Assembly: GCA_046705285.1 (NCBI GenBank)
Contig: JBJKQK010000168.1
Span: 1,276-65,275 of the forward strand
Length of the DNA: 64,000 nt
Reading direction: 5' to 3'
Source: Terriglobia bacterium
GTDB taxonomy: Bacteria > Acidobacteriota > Terriglobia > UBA7540
Shown here piece after piece: positions 24,842 through 33,994 of the stretch (its first letter is position 1; each line of letters opens with the position of its first letter). The position numbers and the translations under genes were made by a program. The notes under the pieces were generated by a model. That model did not search any database. It was not told where the DNA came from and saw only the letters and a program-made list of their open reading frames with translations.

Positions 24842-26125
24842 TCAACGCAAATGGTTTCGACTGGTCCCTGTGTTTTCTGCAGATAGAACCTTGACTCGGG
24901 ACTGGAGCAATTCCAACGCCCTGAGTAATTGCGCGTCGCTGCTGTGGCGGAGCTGCGCGGCGGTCATGGTGCGCTCGTTTGAAGGGAAAAGAAGCGAGGC
25001 GCGCGCCGACATTGGAACGACAACGTTCGGTTTGATGCCTTTATGCCAGATCACGTGGCCATCAGGTGTGAGCCATTCTTCAATGGCCAGCAACAGCGCC
25101 GACCCATCCGAAAGCTTGAACTCCCTGAGCACGGTGCCGGTTCCGAAAGTCGTCTCGCCTACCAATTCCGCTCGATGGCGATCCTGTAATGCGCCGGCGA
25201 CAATCTCAGCGGCACTCGCCGTACCTCCGTTGACCAGGACCACGAGCGGAATCTTCGTAGCCTCGCCACCTGGCTTCACCCCGACGGCTTTTTCCTGGCC
25301 CTTGGCATTTTTCACAAGCAGCACGTTGCCACCCTTAAGGAACTGGCTCGCGACGTCCACCGCCTGGCCCAGGAGCCCGCCAGGATTGTTGCGCAGGTCG
25401 AAAATGATGCCGGTGGCAGGTTCTTTCTTGATGGCGGTCAGTGCCTGACGCAACTCGGTGACGGTTCCGTGGCCGAAACTTGCAATGCGCACGTCCGCAA
25501 CCCTTGTGCCCGGCAGCAAATGCCAGGTGACATCCCGAAGCTTAATGACTGCCCGCGTCAGGCTGACTTGTTTCGTCTGGCCTGTAGCCGGTCGAAAGAT
25601 CGTAAGGGTTACCTTTGTGCCCGCGGGCCCGGCAATCATCCTTACGGCCTGGTCCAAAGGGAGGCCGCTGATTTGCCGCCCGTTGACGCGCAGAATGATG
25701 TCGCCCGCTCTCAGGCCAGCCCGCTCCGCCGGCGAACCGTCCAACGGCGCCACGATTACCACATGCCCGGCTTTCGACTGGATTTCAGCGCCTATACCCT
25801 GGTATTTGCTCCTTTCCAGTTCAGCCAGATCTCTGACCATTTGCGGACTGAGAAAGCGGGTGTGGCCCGTGTCGCCAAGGGAATTCACCATCCCGCTGAT
25901 GGCGCCGTAAGTCATCCGGCGCGAATTCTCCGCGGCGCGGTCCACGTAGTATCGGTGGATCAGATTCCAGGCCTGGGAGATCAGCCGGAAGTTGAGTTGC
26001 CCGTCCGTCGGACGGAGCGCCGCGTCCGCAAAGCGGTCCAGCACCAGGCCACCCATCACGCCCAGCAGAAGGACCATGAGAGCGCTTGCGGCCAAAAGCC
26101 CGACTTTTTTCCCTGGTAGACGCAT
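24842..26125 (-). CDS. S41 family carboxyl-terminal processing peptidase
   Basis: 427 aa with an N-terminal TM, a PDZ region (GIGAEIQSKAGHVVIVAPLDGSPAERAGLRAGDIILRVNG) and the catalytic region VVLVNGGTASAAEIVAGAL. Confidence 0.9.
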   Translation of the reverse strand: MRLPGKKVGLLAASALMVLLLGVMGGLVLDRFADAALRPTDGQLNFRLISQAWNLIHRYYVDRAAENSRRMTYGAISGMVNSLGDTGHTRFLSPQMVRDLAELERSKYQGIGAEIQSKAGHVVIVAPLDGSPAERAGLRAGDIILRVNGRQISGLPLDQAVRMIAGPAGTKVTLTIFRPATGQTKQVSLTRAVIKLRDVTWHLLPGTRVADVRIASFGHGTVTELRQALTAIKKEPATGIIFDLRNNPGGLLGQAVDVASQFLKGGNVLLVKNAKGQEKAVGVKPGGEATKIPLVVLVNGGTASAAEIVAGALQDRHRAELVGETTFGTGTVLREFKLSDGSALLLAIEEWLTPDGHVIWHKGIKPNVVVPMSARASLLFPSNERTMTAAQLRHSSDAQLLRALELLQSRVKVLSAENTGTSRNHLR

Positions 26126-26223
26126 CCGTTACCCACACACATAGTGTAGCGTACCTCTGTCGAGCTTCGCCTCTTCGCGCCGACATAGAGAGTTCGTGAT
26201 TACTTGGGGCTACTCTCCGGCAG

Positions 26224-27789
26224 TCATCGCCCTGACACCGTCACGGTATAGACGGCGCTCAGCGTTCGGTCCGGGGACTTGACGACAATCTCTATCTTGG
26301 AGGAACGAAGTTGCACAGTGTGTGGCTCTCCAGCAGTCACCGGATCGCCGTTGATGGTGACAGCCGAGTGGCTTGAGGTTGGGTCTACCGTGACCTTGAC
26401 GCTGCTGACGTCCTGCGGGGCCTCGACCGTATAATTCTTGGCATCGGGGGTAAAGTAGGGCACCAGTTTGGACCCGTCGACGGCAAGCCACGTCAAGGTA
26501 TCGATCTTGTCCGGCGGGGCCGGAAGGCAGCGGGCACGATTTACATTAATTGCGACCCAGTTGGGATCGGTGAAACGGTTGCCCACGATCACCTGCCAGA
26601 TCCCAGGCGGCCGGTATGACGGCACCAAAGCCGCATCTCCCAGGTCCATCAGCCTCTGCAATCCGGTCTCAAGATTGTCCAGGTAAGTTTCGCCCTTCAG
26701 CGGATGATCGTTGTGCCCGGTCATGATGTACTTGACGCCGTTGCCAAGCTCCGCGCGGACCCGCTTGACTGCGGCCCAATACACGTCCAGCGAATTGGGG
26801 TCGAACTGCAGCCAGGCGGCATCCGGAACTGTCGGAGAATTGCTGCCAAACGCATCGCCGGAGAAGAGGTATCCGGTCTGCTTGTCGAAGATGACCATCG
26901 AACCGGGGGTGTGCCCGGGCACGGAATAGATGATAAGCGACCGGCCGCCGATGTCGATCTTTTCTCCGTTGTGCATGGAGACGACGTGTTTTTCGATCAC
27001 GGAGTCCGGCACGCCATGCCTCTCCAGAAACCGTACGAGTCCGGCACGGTCCGGTGCGCCAATATACTCCAGGTGGTCGCGGACGAACTGATCCGACTGG
27101 CCAATATGGTCAATATGATTGTGAGTGAAGATGACAATCATCGGCTGGCCGTGGGTGAACCGGGAAATGTATGCCTTAAGATTGCCACGGCCCATGCCGG
27201 AATCAATCAGCACATAGGTTCGCGTGCCCTTGAACAAGAACATCTTGTCGTTATAGGAGTCGCGGATCATCCGAACGCCGGGCAGGATCTCCTCTGAGCG
27301 ATAAGTAGTGAGATCGCGCTGGTCGATGGTGTACTCGAAATGACTGACGTTGCTGTTCGTATGCCCGTCCTCGATGGCCACAGCGCGTATGGTATAGCCC
27401 GACTTAACACCACGCATGCCGTCATAGAATCCGGTGAGGAAAATAAGTTGGGAAGGATTAAAAACCGGGCTCTGGGCTGTGGGAACGCTCCCGTTCAGGG
27501 TGTAGTGAATCGTGGCGCCGGGTGCGGCATCAAGCAGCGTCACAGATTCTGTTACGGGAAAAGTTCCAGAGGGAGGGAACGCCGTCGGTGCAGGCAGCTT
27601 GGGCCCATGGCCCTGCGGCGGCGGGGGCCCGAACTGTGCACGCAGCACGGGACAGATGGCCATGGTCATCACAACTATGCCGGCCGTTAACCAGCCGATG
27701 AGTGGCTTTCGAGACCGGGCACAGCCCGCTGCCGGCAGCTTTCGCCTGGTGCTGTTGAGATTGCCTACCGTTCCGTGACCTTCACGCAT
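26224..27789 (-). CDS. secreted multidomain MBL-fold hydrolase (CHB_HEX_C-like N-domain, MBL core, cadherin-like C-domain)
   Basis: The ATG at 27789 is preceded by GAGGAGGAG. There is a signal/TM segment (IGWLTAGIVVMTMAICPVLRAQ). GATIHYTLNGSVPTAQSPVF resembles the chitobiase C-terminal-like domain. FTHNHIDHIG is the HxHxDH motif. The C-terminus LTWLAVDGSKLVPYFTPDAKNYTVEAP...VTVDPTS..AVTINGDPV resembles a cadherin-like beta-sandwich. Confidence 0.8.
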   Translation of the reverse strand: MREGHGTVGNLNSTRRKLPAAGCARSRKPLIGWLTAGIVVMTMAICPVLRAQFGPPPPQGHGPKLPAPTAFPPSGTFPVTESVTLLDAAPGATIHYTLNGSVPTAQSPVFNPSQLIFLTGFYDGMRGVKSGYTIRAVAIEDGHTNSNVSHFEYTIDQRDLTTYRSEEILPGVRMIRDSYNDKMFLFKGTRTYVLIDSGMGRGNLKAYISRFTHGQPMIVIFTHNHIDHIGQSDQFVRDHLEYIGAPDRAGLVRFLERHGVPDSVIEKHVVSMHNGEKIDIGGRSLIIYSVPGHTPGSMVIFDKQTGYLFSGDAFGSNSPTVPDAAWLQFDPNSLDVYWAAVKRVRAELGNGVKYIMTGHNDHPLKGETYLDNLETGLQRLMDLGDAALVPSYRPPGIWQVIVGNRFTDPNWVAINVNRARCLPAPPDKIDTLTWLAVDGSKLVPYFTPDAKNYTVEAPQDVSSVKVTVDPTSSHSAVTINGDPVTAGEPHTVQLRSSKIEIVVKSPDRTLSAVYTVTVSGR

Positions 27790-27810
27790 GATCTCCTCCT
27801 CGGGGCGATG

Positions 27811-27840
27811 ATTGTATGCAACTTCGGCGGTAAGCGTCAA
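27811..27840 (-). promoter_or_regulatory. sigma70-like promoter of the MBL-fold gene
   Basis: On the - strand: TTGACG (27835-27840), 18-nt spacer, TACAAT (27811-27816). The predicted short leader contains the GAGGAGG SD. Confidence 0.55.
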
Positions 27841-28020
27841 GCGCCGCACAGTGCCGCCGTGACGATTTCCAGCCGGCCGTGCATACATGAAAGGGGCGGC
27901 GAAAGCGCCAGGTAACTGGAGGGAAGACCCATTCATCGCGGGCCGGTGTTCCGATCGATCGGGGCGACAGCCGGCGCGGGAGAGGCCCCTCGCATGCCCA
28001 TGCCTTTGGTCCCGCCAGGC

Positions 28021-28680
28021 TCATGGCACGCGCCAGATCACATGGTGTTCGTTGTCGTTGCCAAACATGACGATCGAGTCGGCGGAGGTCGGGGACGTCT
28101 GGCCCGTGCCGACAGTGGTCAGGTCGACAGCGCCCAGATCCATCACGTAGCCATGGGAGTCCTGAATCTCAAGACGCGGAGAATTTGAATCGACATGAAT
28201 GGAATTCGTTCCCTTGCCCGAGAGTGACAGCAAACCACCGCCGTCAGAACCGGTTCCCAGTTCGGCGGTAACGTGAGACGCTCTCCCTTTGGGGGCGAAA
28301 CGGAATAAGAGGTGGTCTCCCAGCAGCGACGCCTCCCCCTCCCCGCCGGAAAGGACGACCTTGCCAGCACTGACGTCGGTGAGCCGCTTCCCGTTCCGGT
28401 CGAACAATTGAATCTCAGGCTGACAGTCAGCCGCAGTGAGACAATCCATGGCAATCTGAACTCGCACTTTACCTGCCGTGTCCACCACGTCGAACTCACG
28501 CGCCTTGATCTTTTCGGAACTGGGAACGCCATCGGCAGCCTCGCGGGCAACGGAGCATGAAACCGCATAGGCAACAATGGCTGTGACGATCAACGCAAGC
28601 CCCGCAGAGGCCAGTCGCTTCAGCCGGCGATGGTCACGTTCAAGGCTTTCCAGCCGTCGAGCAAGTTCAATGTCAGTCAT
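28021..28680 (-). CDS. membrane-anchored hypothetical protein (N-terminal coiled segment, one TM, beta-rich ectodomain)
   Basis: 219 aa: MTDIELARRLESLERDHRRLKRL, then a TM (SAGLALIVTAIVAYAV), then a Gly/Ser/Asp-rich beta-like domain. No motif recognised. Confidence 0.6.
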   Translation of the reverse strand: MTDIELARRLESLERDHRRLKRLASAGLALIVTAIVAYAVSCSVAREAADGVPSSEKIKAREFDVVDTAGKVRVQIAMDCLTAADCQPEIQLFDRNGKRLTDVSAGKVVLSGGEGEASLLGDHLLFRFAPKGRASHVTAELGTGSDGGGLLSLSGKGTNSIHVDSNSPRLEIQDSHGYVMDLGAVDLTTVGTGQTSPTSADSIVMFGNDNEHHVIWRVP

Positions 28681-28859
28681 GGCGAATCTCTCCCCGCTTG
28701 CGTGATGAAGCTGCCTGCAAAGAACATGACAATCCTACCACCATCGGGGAACGCAGGTCTCAGGTCTTGGAAGTGCTGGCTGGCCCTCACAGCCGGGCCA
28801 GGGCAACTTTCGGGCGAGAGCCCGGGTGCGCATTGAACCCCACGGCACAAGTCGCGAGT

Positions 28860-29564
28860 TCATTGCGGCAGGTCGTCGTAAGAGGGAGGCGCCTTGTCGA
28901 TGTAGTCGACAAAGCGTTTCACAAGAGTTTCGCGGTGAGGAGGAATTTGGGCGATGACTCGCCGGGCTTGCTGGAAAAGCATCTTGTCCGGGACAACGGC
29001 CATGCCTTCCAACGTATCGGCAACGTAAAGCCGCACCATCCAGTCCCATGCTTCGTCAAACCCAGCGGCTCTCACCTCCGGCCGGAACGACGGGTCCGCG
29101 GTTCCGAGGAGCTCCATCCAACGGGCCAGGACCTGCGTCTCAGCTTCATCCGGGTCGGCTGAGTATTGAGTTTGATCCAGAGTGCTGGGCATGGGAAGCC
29201 CCAGGCGGTGGCCGATATCCGCCAGGACAAATGTTCCCCACAAGTCCGGAAGGCCCACAACCACATCACGTGGCAACTTGTGCCCGGGATCGGATGCGGG
29301 GCATTTGCAGCAGCGCAACAGGCCGAGAAGCGCTTCATCTGCAAGCTCGGTTTTGAGGGCGCCGGCAAGTTCGGCGCCCGAGGATCTGGCAGCGCCCGGG
29401 TTTTCCAAGAGAAACGATTCAACGGGCCCAACCAGCTTCTTCTCTGCCTGCTGCCGCAGGAAATCGTAGGAACACAGCGCTGTGGCCACAATCCGCCGCC
29501 GGTTCAGGGCAAGGCGCGAAACCCAGTACCAGAGCGGATTTCGAAACATATCCAGCAGCCACAT
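28860..29564 (-). CDS. hypothetical cytoplasmic protein
   Basis: 234-aa ORF. It is more protein-like than the opposing 29166-29816 ORF. No motif recognised. Confidence 0.5.
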   Translation of the reverse strand: MWLLDMFRNPLWYWVSRLALNRRRIVATALCSYDFLRQQAEKKLVGPVESFLLENPGAARSSGAELAGALKTELADEALLGLLRCCKCPASDPGHKLPRDVVVGLPDLWGTFVLADIGHRLGLPMPSTLDQTQYSADPDEAETQVLARWMELLGTADPSFRPEVRAAGFDEAWDWMVRLYVADTLEGMAVVPDKMLFQQARRVIAQIPPHRETLVKRFVDYIDKAPPSYDDLPQ

Positions 29565-29761
29565 TTCACTTCTCTTCTACAAGTTCTGATGTGCAATCAG
29601 CGGATGATGGTTCAACTCAGTGAAGCGGGGATTCTACATCGCCAGGGACCGGGCATTCCGGCACAGCCTGGCGGCGTAAAGCCGCCGCTGCGAATCTTCA
29701 CCCAGTGGACATTGAGATGCCCCGCGCGCGCCCCGAGATCTAAGCTATTCACTGTCCGGAC

Positions 29762-31381
29762 TCACCGCGACACGGAAAGCACGGCGGCGGACGCGTTGGG
29801 CAGCGTAAACGAATAGTCTCCATTCGTGCCCGGCGAAACGCTGGTGGTGACCGGGCTTCCGATGTGCCCGTCGCTATCAAACTGCTGACCGCCGTAACGG
29901 GTGGCATCAGCCATGGACTCGAGGCTGGGCGCCTGAAGCATCAGCAGCGACGCCGCCCCCACGTGGCCAGCCAAGTGCACTGTGACCGGGCCGGAAGCTT
30001 TTTCATCCTTGTTGATCACAAACACATGCACCTCGCAACTGGGACATGCAGTGGTGGCAAAAGCCGTGATGTTGGCCTTGGTTTCAATAGAAGCTGGCAG
30101 CAAGTGCTCGCCGGAAGCTCGCCTGGCAAACATATACATGGCGTAGTAGAGCGGCTGCGCGACGTTGCGGTAATGCACCTCCTTGCCGGTCTTCCAACTG
30201 AAACTCTGGACGGGATTGTAAGCACTGCCGCCGGTACGATAGCTGAAATGGAAGTTGATGTTTGTGTACCCGTCGCCGGCAACGTTGAACATGTAATCGA
30301 GTCCCCAGACAGCGGAGGCAAAGGCATTGCTGACGCCTGCCATGCCCCCGCAGGAAGCCGAGTTGGTTTCTGCCAGTGCGATGGGCAGATTGTTCTGATG
30401 GGCAACGGCAACGAGCTTGCGGGAAAGCTCATCGAAGCTCTTGACGTGCGCGGGCGAAAGCAATTCCGCCACGGTTACGTTCCTTTGTCCGCAGGTTGTA
30501 GTCGTGTAATTATGAACGGAAACAAGCTTCAGGTCAGGGCCGATACCCTTCAAAATAGTATCGAGATCATCCGGATTCCTCCATCCGCAGCAAACGGCTG
30601 GAGCAACAAAGTCATACTTGCGGGCAATGGGATTGGCACGGAAGGCATGGATGTAACCGAGCGCATCCTTGACGTAATCCTTCGGCGAATATGTCTTGGG
30701 ACGTGCGGGAGTGCGCCCGAACAAATCCGGCTCATTGCCGATTTCAAAGCCAAGGACCTGGTCCGCCGCGATCTCTTTGGCTACTCCTTGCGTGACTTCG
30801 CTGAGCGCCCAGCGGGGGGAGTTCTGCCGGAGATTCAGCCCCAAAATCATGCGCCAGCCGGCAGCCCCGACGGCGGTGGAGTAAAGCTTAAGCAGGCCGC
30901 GAGTGATGGGACCCTGGCACCACTTGGGATGAGGAGCGGCCTTGGGATTCCAGCAGGTGTTGTCCTGGCTGTTGCCGCCCAGGCGCAGTATACCGGGGCC
31001 CAGATCCTTCATGAATGTGAAGAAACCGGTGTTCGGAGCGCCGGGATCGCCCAGAACATAAGCCAATTGGGTGCCAGCAGGCACGCCTGACGGCAGCTGG
31101 ATACTCCCGCGCGCCTGCGCGGTGGGAGTCGGAAGGCCCATGCCAGCAGTGGAAACCTCATTGCTGAAACCGAGGAAATCTTTGGGAATCTCGGCACCGA
31201 GTTGTTTCGTGTTGACACTGACTGTCGCCACGGGCTGCACCGGCGCAGCGCAGGACGCGAGAATGAGGAACGACGAGGTAACAGCCGCAAGAGCACATAG
31301 AGCTGATCCGGCAGTTCTTCGGCGGCTTGCAACCAGACCCGGCCGAGGGCCTCCCGGCCCGCTGCCCTTTGATGTGTGCAT
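29762..31381 (-). CDS. GH79-like (beta-glucuronidase/heparanase-type) glycoside hydrolase, lipoprotein
   Basis: The ATG at 31381 is preceded by AGGAGG. There is a lipobox-like LILASC. FEIGNEPDLF is a candidate acid/base NEP motif and LAETNSASCGG a candidate nucleophile Glu. The C-terminal beta domain is typical of clan GH-A family 79/30 enzymes. Confidence 0.65.
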   Translation of the reverse strand: MHTSKGSGPGGPRPGLVASRRRTAGSALCALAAVTSSFLILASCAAPVQPVATVSVNTKQLGAEIPKDFLGFSNEVSTAGMGLPTPTAQARGSIQLPSGVPAGTQLAYVLGDPGAPNTGFFTFMKDLGPGILRLGGNSQDNTCWNPKAAPHPKWCQGPITRGLLKLYSTAVGAAGWRMILGLNLRQNSPRWALSEVTQGVAKEIAADQVLGFEIGNEPDLFGRTPARPKTYSPKDYVKDALGYIHAFRANPIARKYDFVAPAVCCGWRNPDDLDTILKGIGPDLKLVSVHNYTTTTCGQRNVTVAELLSPAHVKSFDELSRKLVAVAHQNNLPIALAETNSASCGGMAGVSNAFASAVWGLDYMFNVAGDGYTNINFHFSYRTGGSAYNPVQSFSWKTGKEVHYRNVAQPLYYAMYMFARRASGEHLLPASIETKANITAFATTACPSCEVHVFVINKDEKASGPVTVHLAGHVGAASLLMLQAPSLESMADATRYGGQQFDSDGHIGSPVTTSVSPGTNGDYSFTLPNASAAVLSVSR

Positions 31382-31606
31382 GGCACGACCTCCTGTGATG
31401 GCCGCGGATAGACCAACCTGCTCCAAGACATGCAAGCGGTTCAACAGCCGCGTTTTCCACCGGAGCTTGTATCACTTTATGCGACCTAATTCAACCGTAA
31501 ACCGGTTTGCATGCGGCGGAATGGAAACAGGCAGCCGGACTGGGGACCGAGACACTGCGCGAAATCATAAAACAGAGTGTCACCGGGCCGCGCTACGCGA
31601 TTTGGC

Positions 31607-31638
31607 AAAAAAAAGGGGGCATCTTTTTGAGATGCCCC
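31607..31638 (-). terminator. rho-independent terminator
   Basis: On the - strand a 9-bp stem, GGGGCATCT (complement of 31630-31638) paired with AGATGCCCC (complement of 31616-31624), has a 5-nt loop and is followed by C plus T8 (A-run 31607-31614 on +). It lies about 40 nt downstream of the stop at 31679. Confidence 0.8.
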
Positions 31639-31678
31639 GGTACAAGGAGGAACGAAGTTACAACCTTAAATTATTCGG

Positions 31679-32062
31679 CTACCAGATGACGTGCCACAAG
31701 CTTTTGGCGCCCTTCACCACGGTGTGCGGAGCTCGCTTAGCCCCGTAGTAGATAGCAGCGCCGCCATCCTTGGCACCATTGGTGGTTGCCTGGCCCGCGT
31801 AAACCAGCGCGTGCTTGACCGAATTTCCTGCATTGTTTGCCGCCGGCCCGGCGTCCATCTGGACCTTGTTTACCGCTGCCTGTCCACCGGCAGCAGTGGC
31901 AGCGGCAGCTACCGCAGTCCCTTTAGCAATCATCTTCCCTGCATAGCGGATTGCACCAGCCCTGGCAACGGGCGCCATCCACCCAAACATCGTAATGGCC
32001 AGGCCAACCATGGCAGCTTTCAGAAACGCACGAGATACCCGCTTCCGCAACATAGTGTCCAT
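31679..32062 (-). CDS. small secreted Ala/Gly-rich protein
   Basis: 127 aa with a signal-like N-terminus (AFLKAAMVGLAITMFGWMAPVARA) followed by Ala/Gly/Lys-rich low-complexity sequence. Its own strong terminator follows. Confidence 0.55.
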   Translation of the reverse strand: MDTMLRKRVSRAFLKAAMVGLAITMFGWMAPVARAGAIRYAGKMIAKGTAVAAAATAAGGQAAVNKVQMDAGPAANNAGNSVKHALVYAGQATTNGAKDGGAAIYYGAKRAPHTVVKGAKSLWHVIW

Positions 32063-32350
32063 TCACCTCGATTTAACGTTTGTACACGATCCCATCGTCC
32101 ATGCAAGCAAGTTTCGCGCCGATTGTATCATTTATCACAGTCATTATCGCTTAAATCTTTGAAGTACAAAACCTTAACTCTATTCACAGTACCCGCAGCG
32201 CCCCCCTCCGATCTCAAGACCGCGTGCCAGTCCGACCGGGTAGCGTGTAGATTCAGAGCCCCCCAGAACAGAAACTGCTCGGGACAGGCCGTGCACAATC
32301 GCCGTACAACTTTTGAGATGACAACCAGGGCCTTGTGGTTGCCGCACAAA

Positions 32351-32379
32351 TTGACACACTGAAATCAGTATGTTAGCTT
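32351..32379 (+). promoter_or_regulatory. candidate promoter of tldD-pmbA
   Basis: TTGACA (32351-32356), 17-nt spacer, TAGCTT (32374-32379), about 70 nt upstream of the tldD ATG. The -10 element is weak. Confidence 0.3.
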
Positions 32380-32449
32380 GATGTTTTAGGTGGTTGGCCC
32401 TCGACGAAGCACGCCTCCACGGGAAAGATCCACACCACAGGCAAAGATC

Positions 32450-33904
32450 ATGGCAACGAACGACAGATTTTTCTTCGACCGCTATGGATTGAGCGTAGCG
32501 GACTTGGAGCACTACCTGGGGGAAGCGCTTTCCGACGGTGGCGACTACGCAGACCTCTATTTCGAGCACACCACTTCCACTTCCCTGCTGGTCGATGAAT
32601 CCCTCATCAAGTCCGCTCTGGAAGGCATTTCAATGGGTTGCGGCGTGCGGGTCCTTGCCGGAGAGCAGACCGGTTACGCCTACACAGACGATCTGGCGCC
32701 GGAAAAAATCCTGAAGGCCGCACGGATTGCGGCACGCATCGCCAGCGGCCCTGCGAGCGTGTCAACCGTGGGACTTGCAAGCATCCAACCGGCCAGGGAT
32801 CTCTATCCCGTAGCCTCGCCCTCGACTGAAAGCGCTCTGCGCGACCGGCTGAAGTTGGTGCGGCGCGCCGATGTTGCCGCGCGAGCCCACGATCCCAGAA
32901 TCTCACAAGTGCGTGTCAGCTACGCCGACCAGAGCCGCCATGTGCTGCTGGCAGGCTCTGACGGGCGGATTGTGACAGACTTCCAGCCGCTGGTTCGGCT
33001 GAGTGTTTACGTGATCGCCCAGGAAAATGACAAACTGCGCTCCGGCACTTATGGCGGAGGCGGGCGCGTAGGTCTCGAATTTTTTGAAGGCGAAAGAAGC
33101 CCTGAAAAGTTTGCCCAGGAGGCCGTACGACAGGCAATTGTGCAACTCGGCGCCAGAGAGGCGCCGGCGGGCGAGATGCAAGTAGTATTGGGTCCTGGGT
33201 GGCCTGGGATCCTGCTACACGAAGCCGTCGGGCACGGGCTTGAAGCCGACTTCAATCGCAAGGGCATTTCAGCCTTTTCAGGAAGAATTGGCCAGAAGGT
33301 CGCTTCCGAATTGTGTACAGTGGTGGATGATGGGACTATTCCCTCGAGGCGCGGATCGCTGAACGTGGATGACGAAGGCGAGCCCACGCACAAAAATATT
33401 CTGATCGAAAACGGCACGCTCGCTGGTTACCTGCAGGACAAAATCAGCGCCGACCAATTGAAGGCCACGCGCACTGGAAACGGTCGCCGCGAAAGCTACG
33501 AGCACATCCCCATGCCGCGCATGACCAACACTTACATGCTGGCAGGCCAGGACGATCCCGAGGAAATCATACGCTCGGTGCAGCACGGCCTTTACGCGGT
33601 ACACTTCGGCGGCGGGCAGGTGGACATCACCAGCGGCAAATTCGTCTTCTCGGCTTCCGAAGCGTACCTGATCGAGGACGGCAAGGTCACGGCACCGGTG
33701 CGCGGCGCAACCCTGATTGGCGACGGGCCGACCGTGCTGACCAACGTCACCGCCGTCGGCAATGACTTGCAACTCGACCCGGGCATTGGCACCTGCGGCA
33801 AAGACGGCCAGAGCGTCCCGGTGGGCGTGGGCATTCCGACCATCAAGATCAGCCGGCTGACCGTAGGCGGGACCGTCTCGCGCGGCATGCAGTCGTTTAC
33901 GTAG
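32450..33904 (+). CDS. tldD: metalloprotease TldD
   Basis: In-frame ATG at 32450 in ORF 32390-33904. The HEAVGHGLEADF zinc motif is present and the full-length TldD pattern fits. Confidence 0.93.
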   Translation: MATNDRFFFDRYGLSVADLEHYLGEALSDGGDYADLYFEHTTSTSLLVDESLIKSALEGISMGCGVRVLAGEQTGYAYTDDLAPEKILKAARIAARIASGPASVSTVGLASIQPARDLYPVASPSTESALRDRLKLVRRADVAARAHDPRISQVRVSYADQSRHVLLAGSDGRIVTDFQPLVRLSVYVIAQENDKLRSGTYGGGGRVGLEFFEGERSPEKFAQEAVRQAIVQLGAREAPAGEMQVVLGPGWPGILLHEAVGHGLEADFNRKGISAFSGRIGQKVASELCTVVDDGTIPSRRGSLNVDDEGEPTHKNILIENGTLAGYLQDKISADQLKATRTGNGRRESYEHIPMPRMTNTYMLAGQDDPEEIIRSVQHGLYAVHFGGGQVDITSGKFVFSASEAYLIEDGKVTAPVRGATLIGDGPTVLTNVTAVGNDLQLDPGIGTCGKDGQSVPVGVGIPTIKISRLTVGGTVSRGMQSFT

Positions 33905-33994
33905 GCGGAGCATGATGCCACTTTTGCAACGGCGGTCTATTGGTGCCGAAGGGACGGCGATCACAGGCCGGCATCACTCAATCATGGGATCTCT

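Noticed and set aside
29166-29816. 216-aa + strand ORF
   Set aside because: Its composition is Cys/Gln/Arg-rich and not protein-like. It is antisense to the more plausible 234-aa ORF and to the GH79-like gene end.
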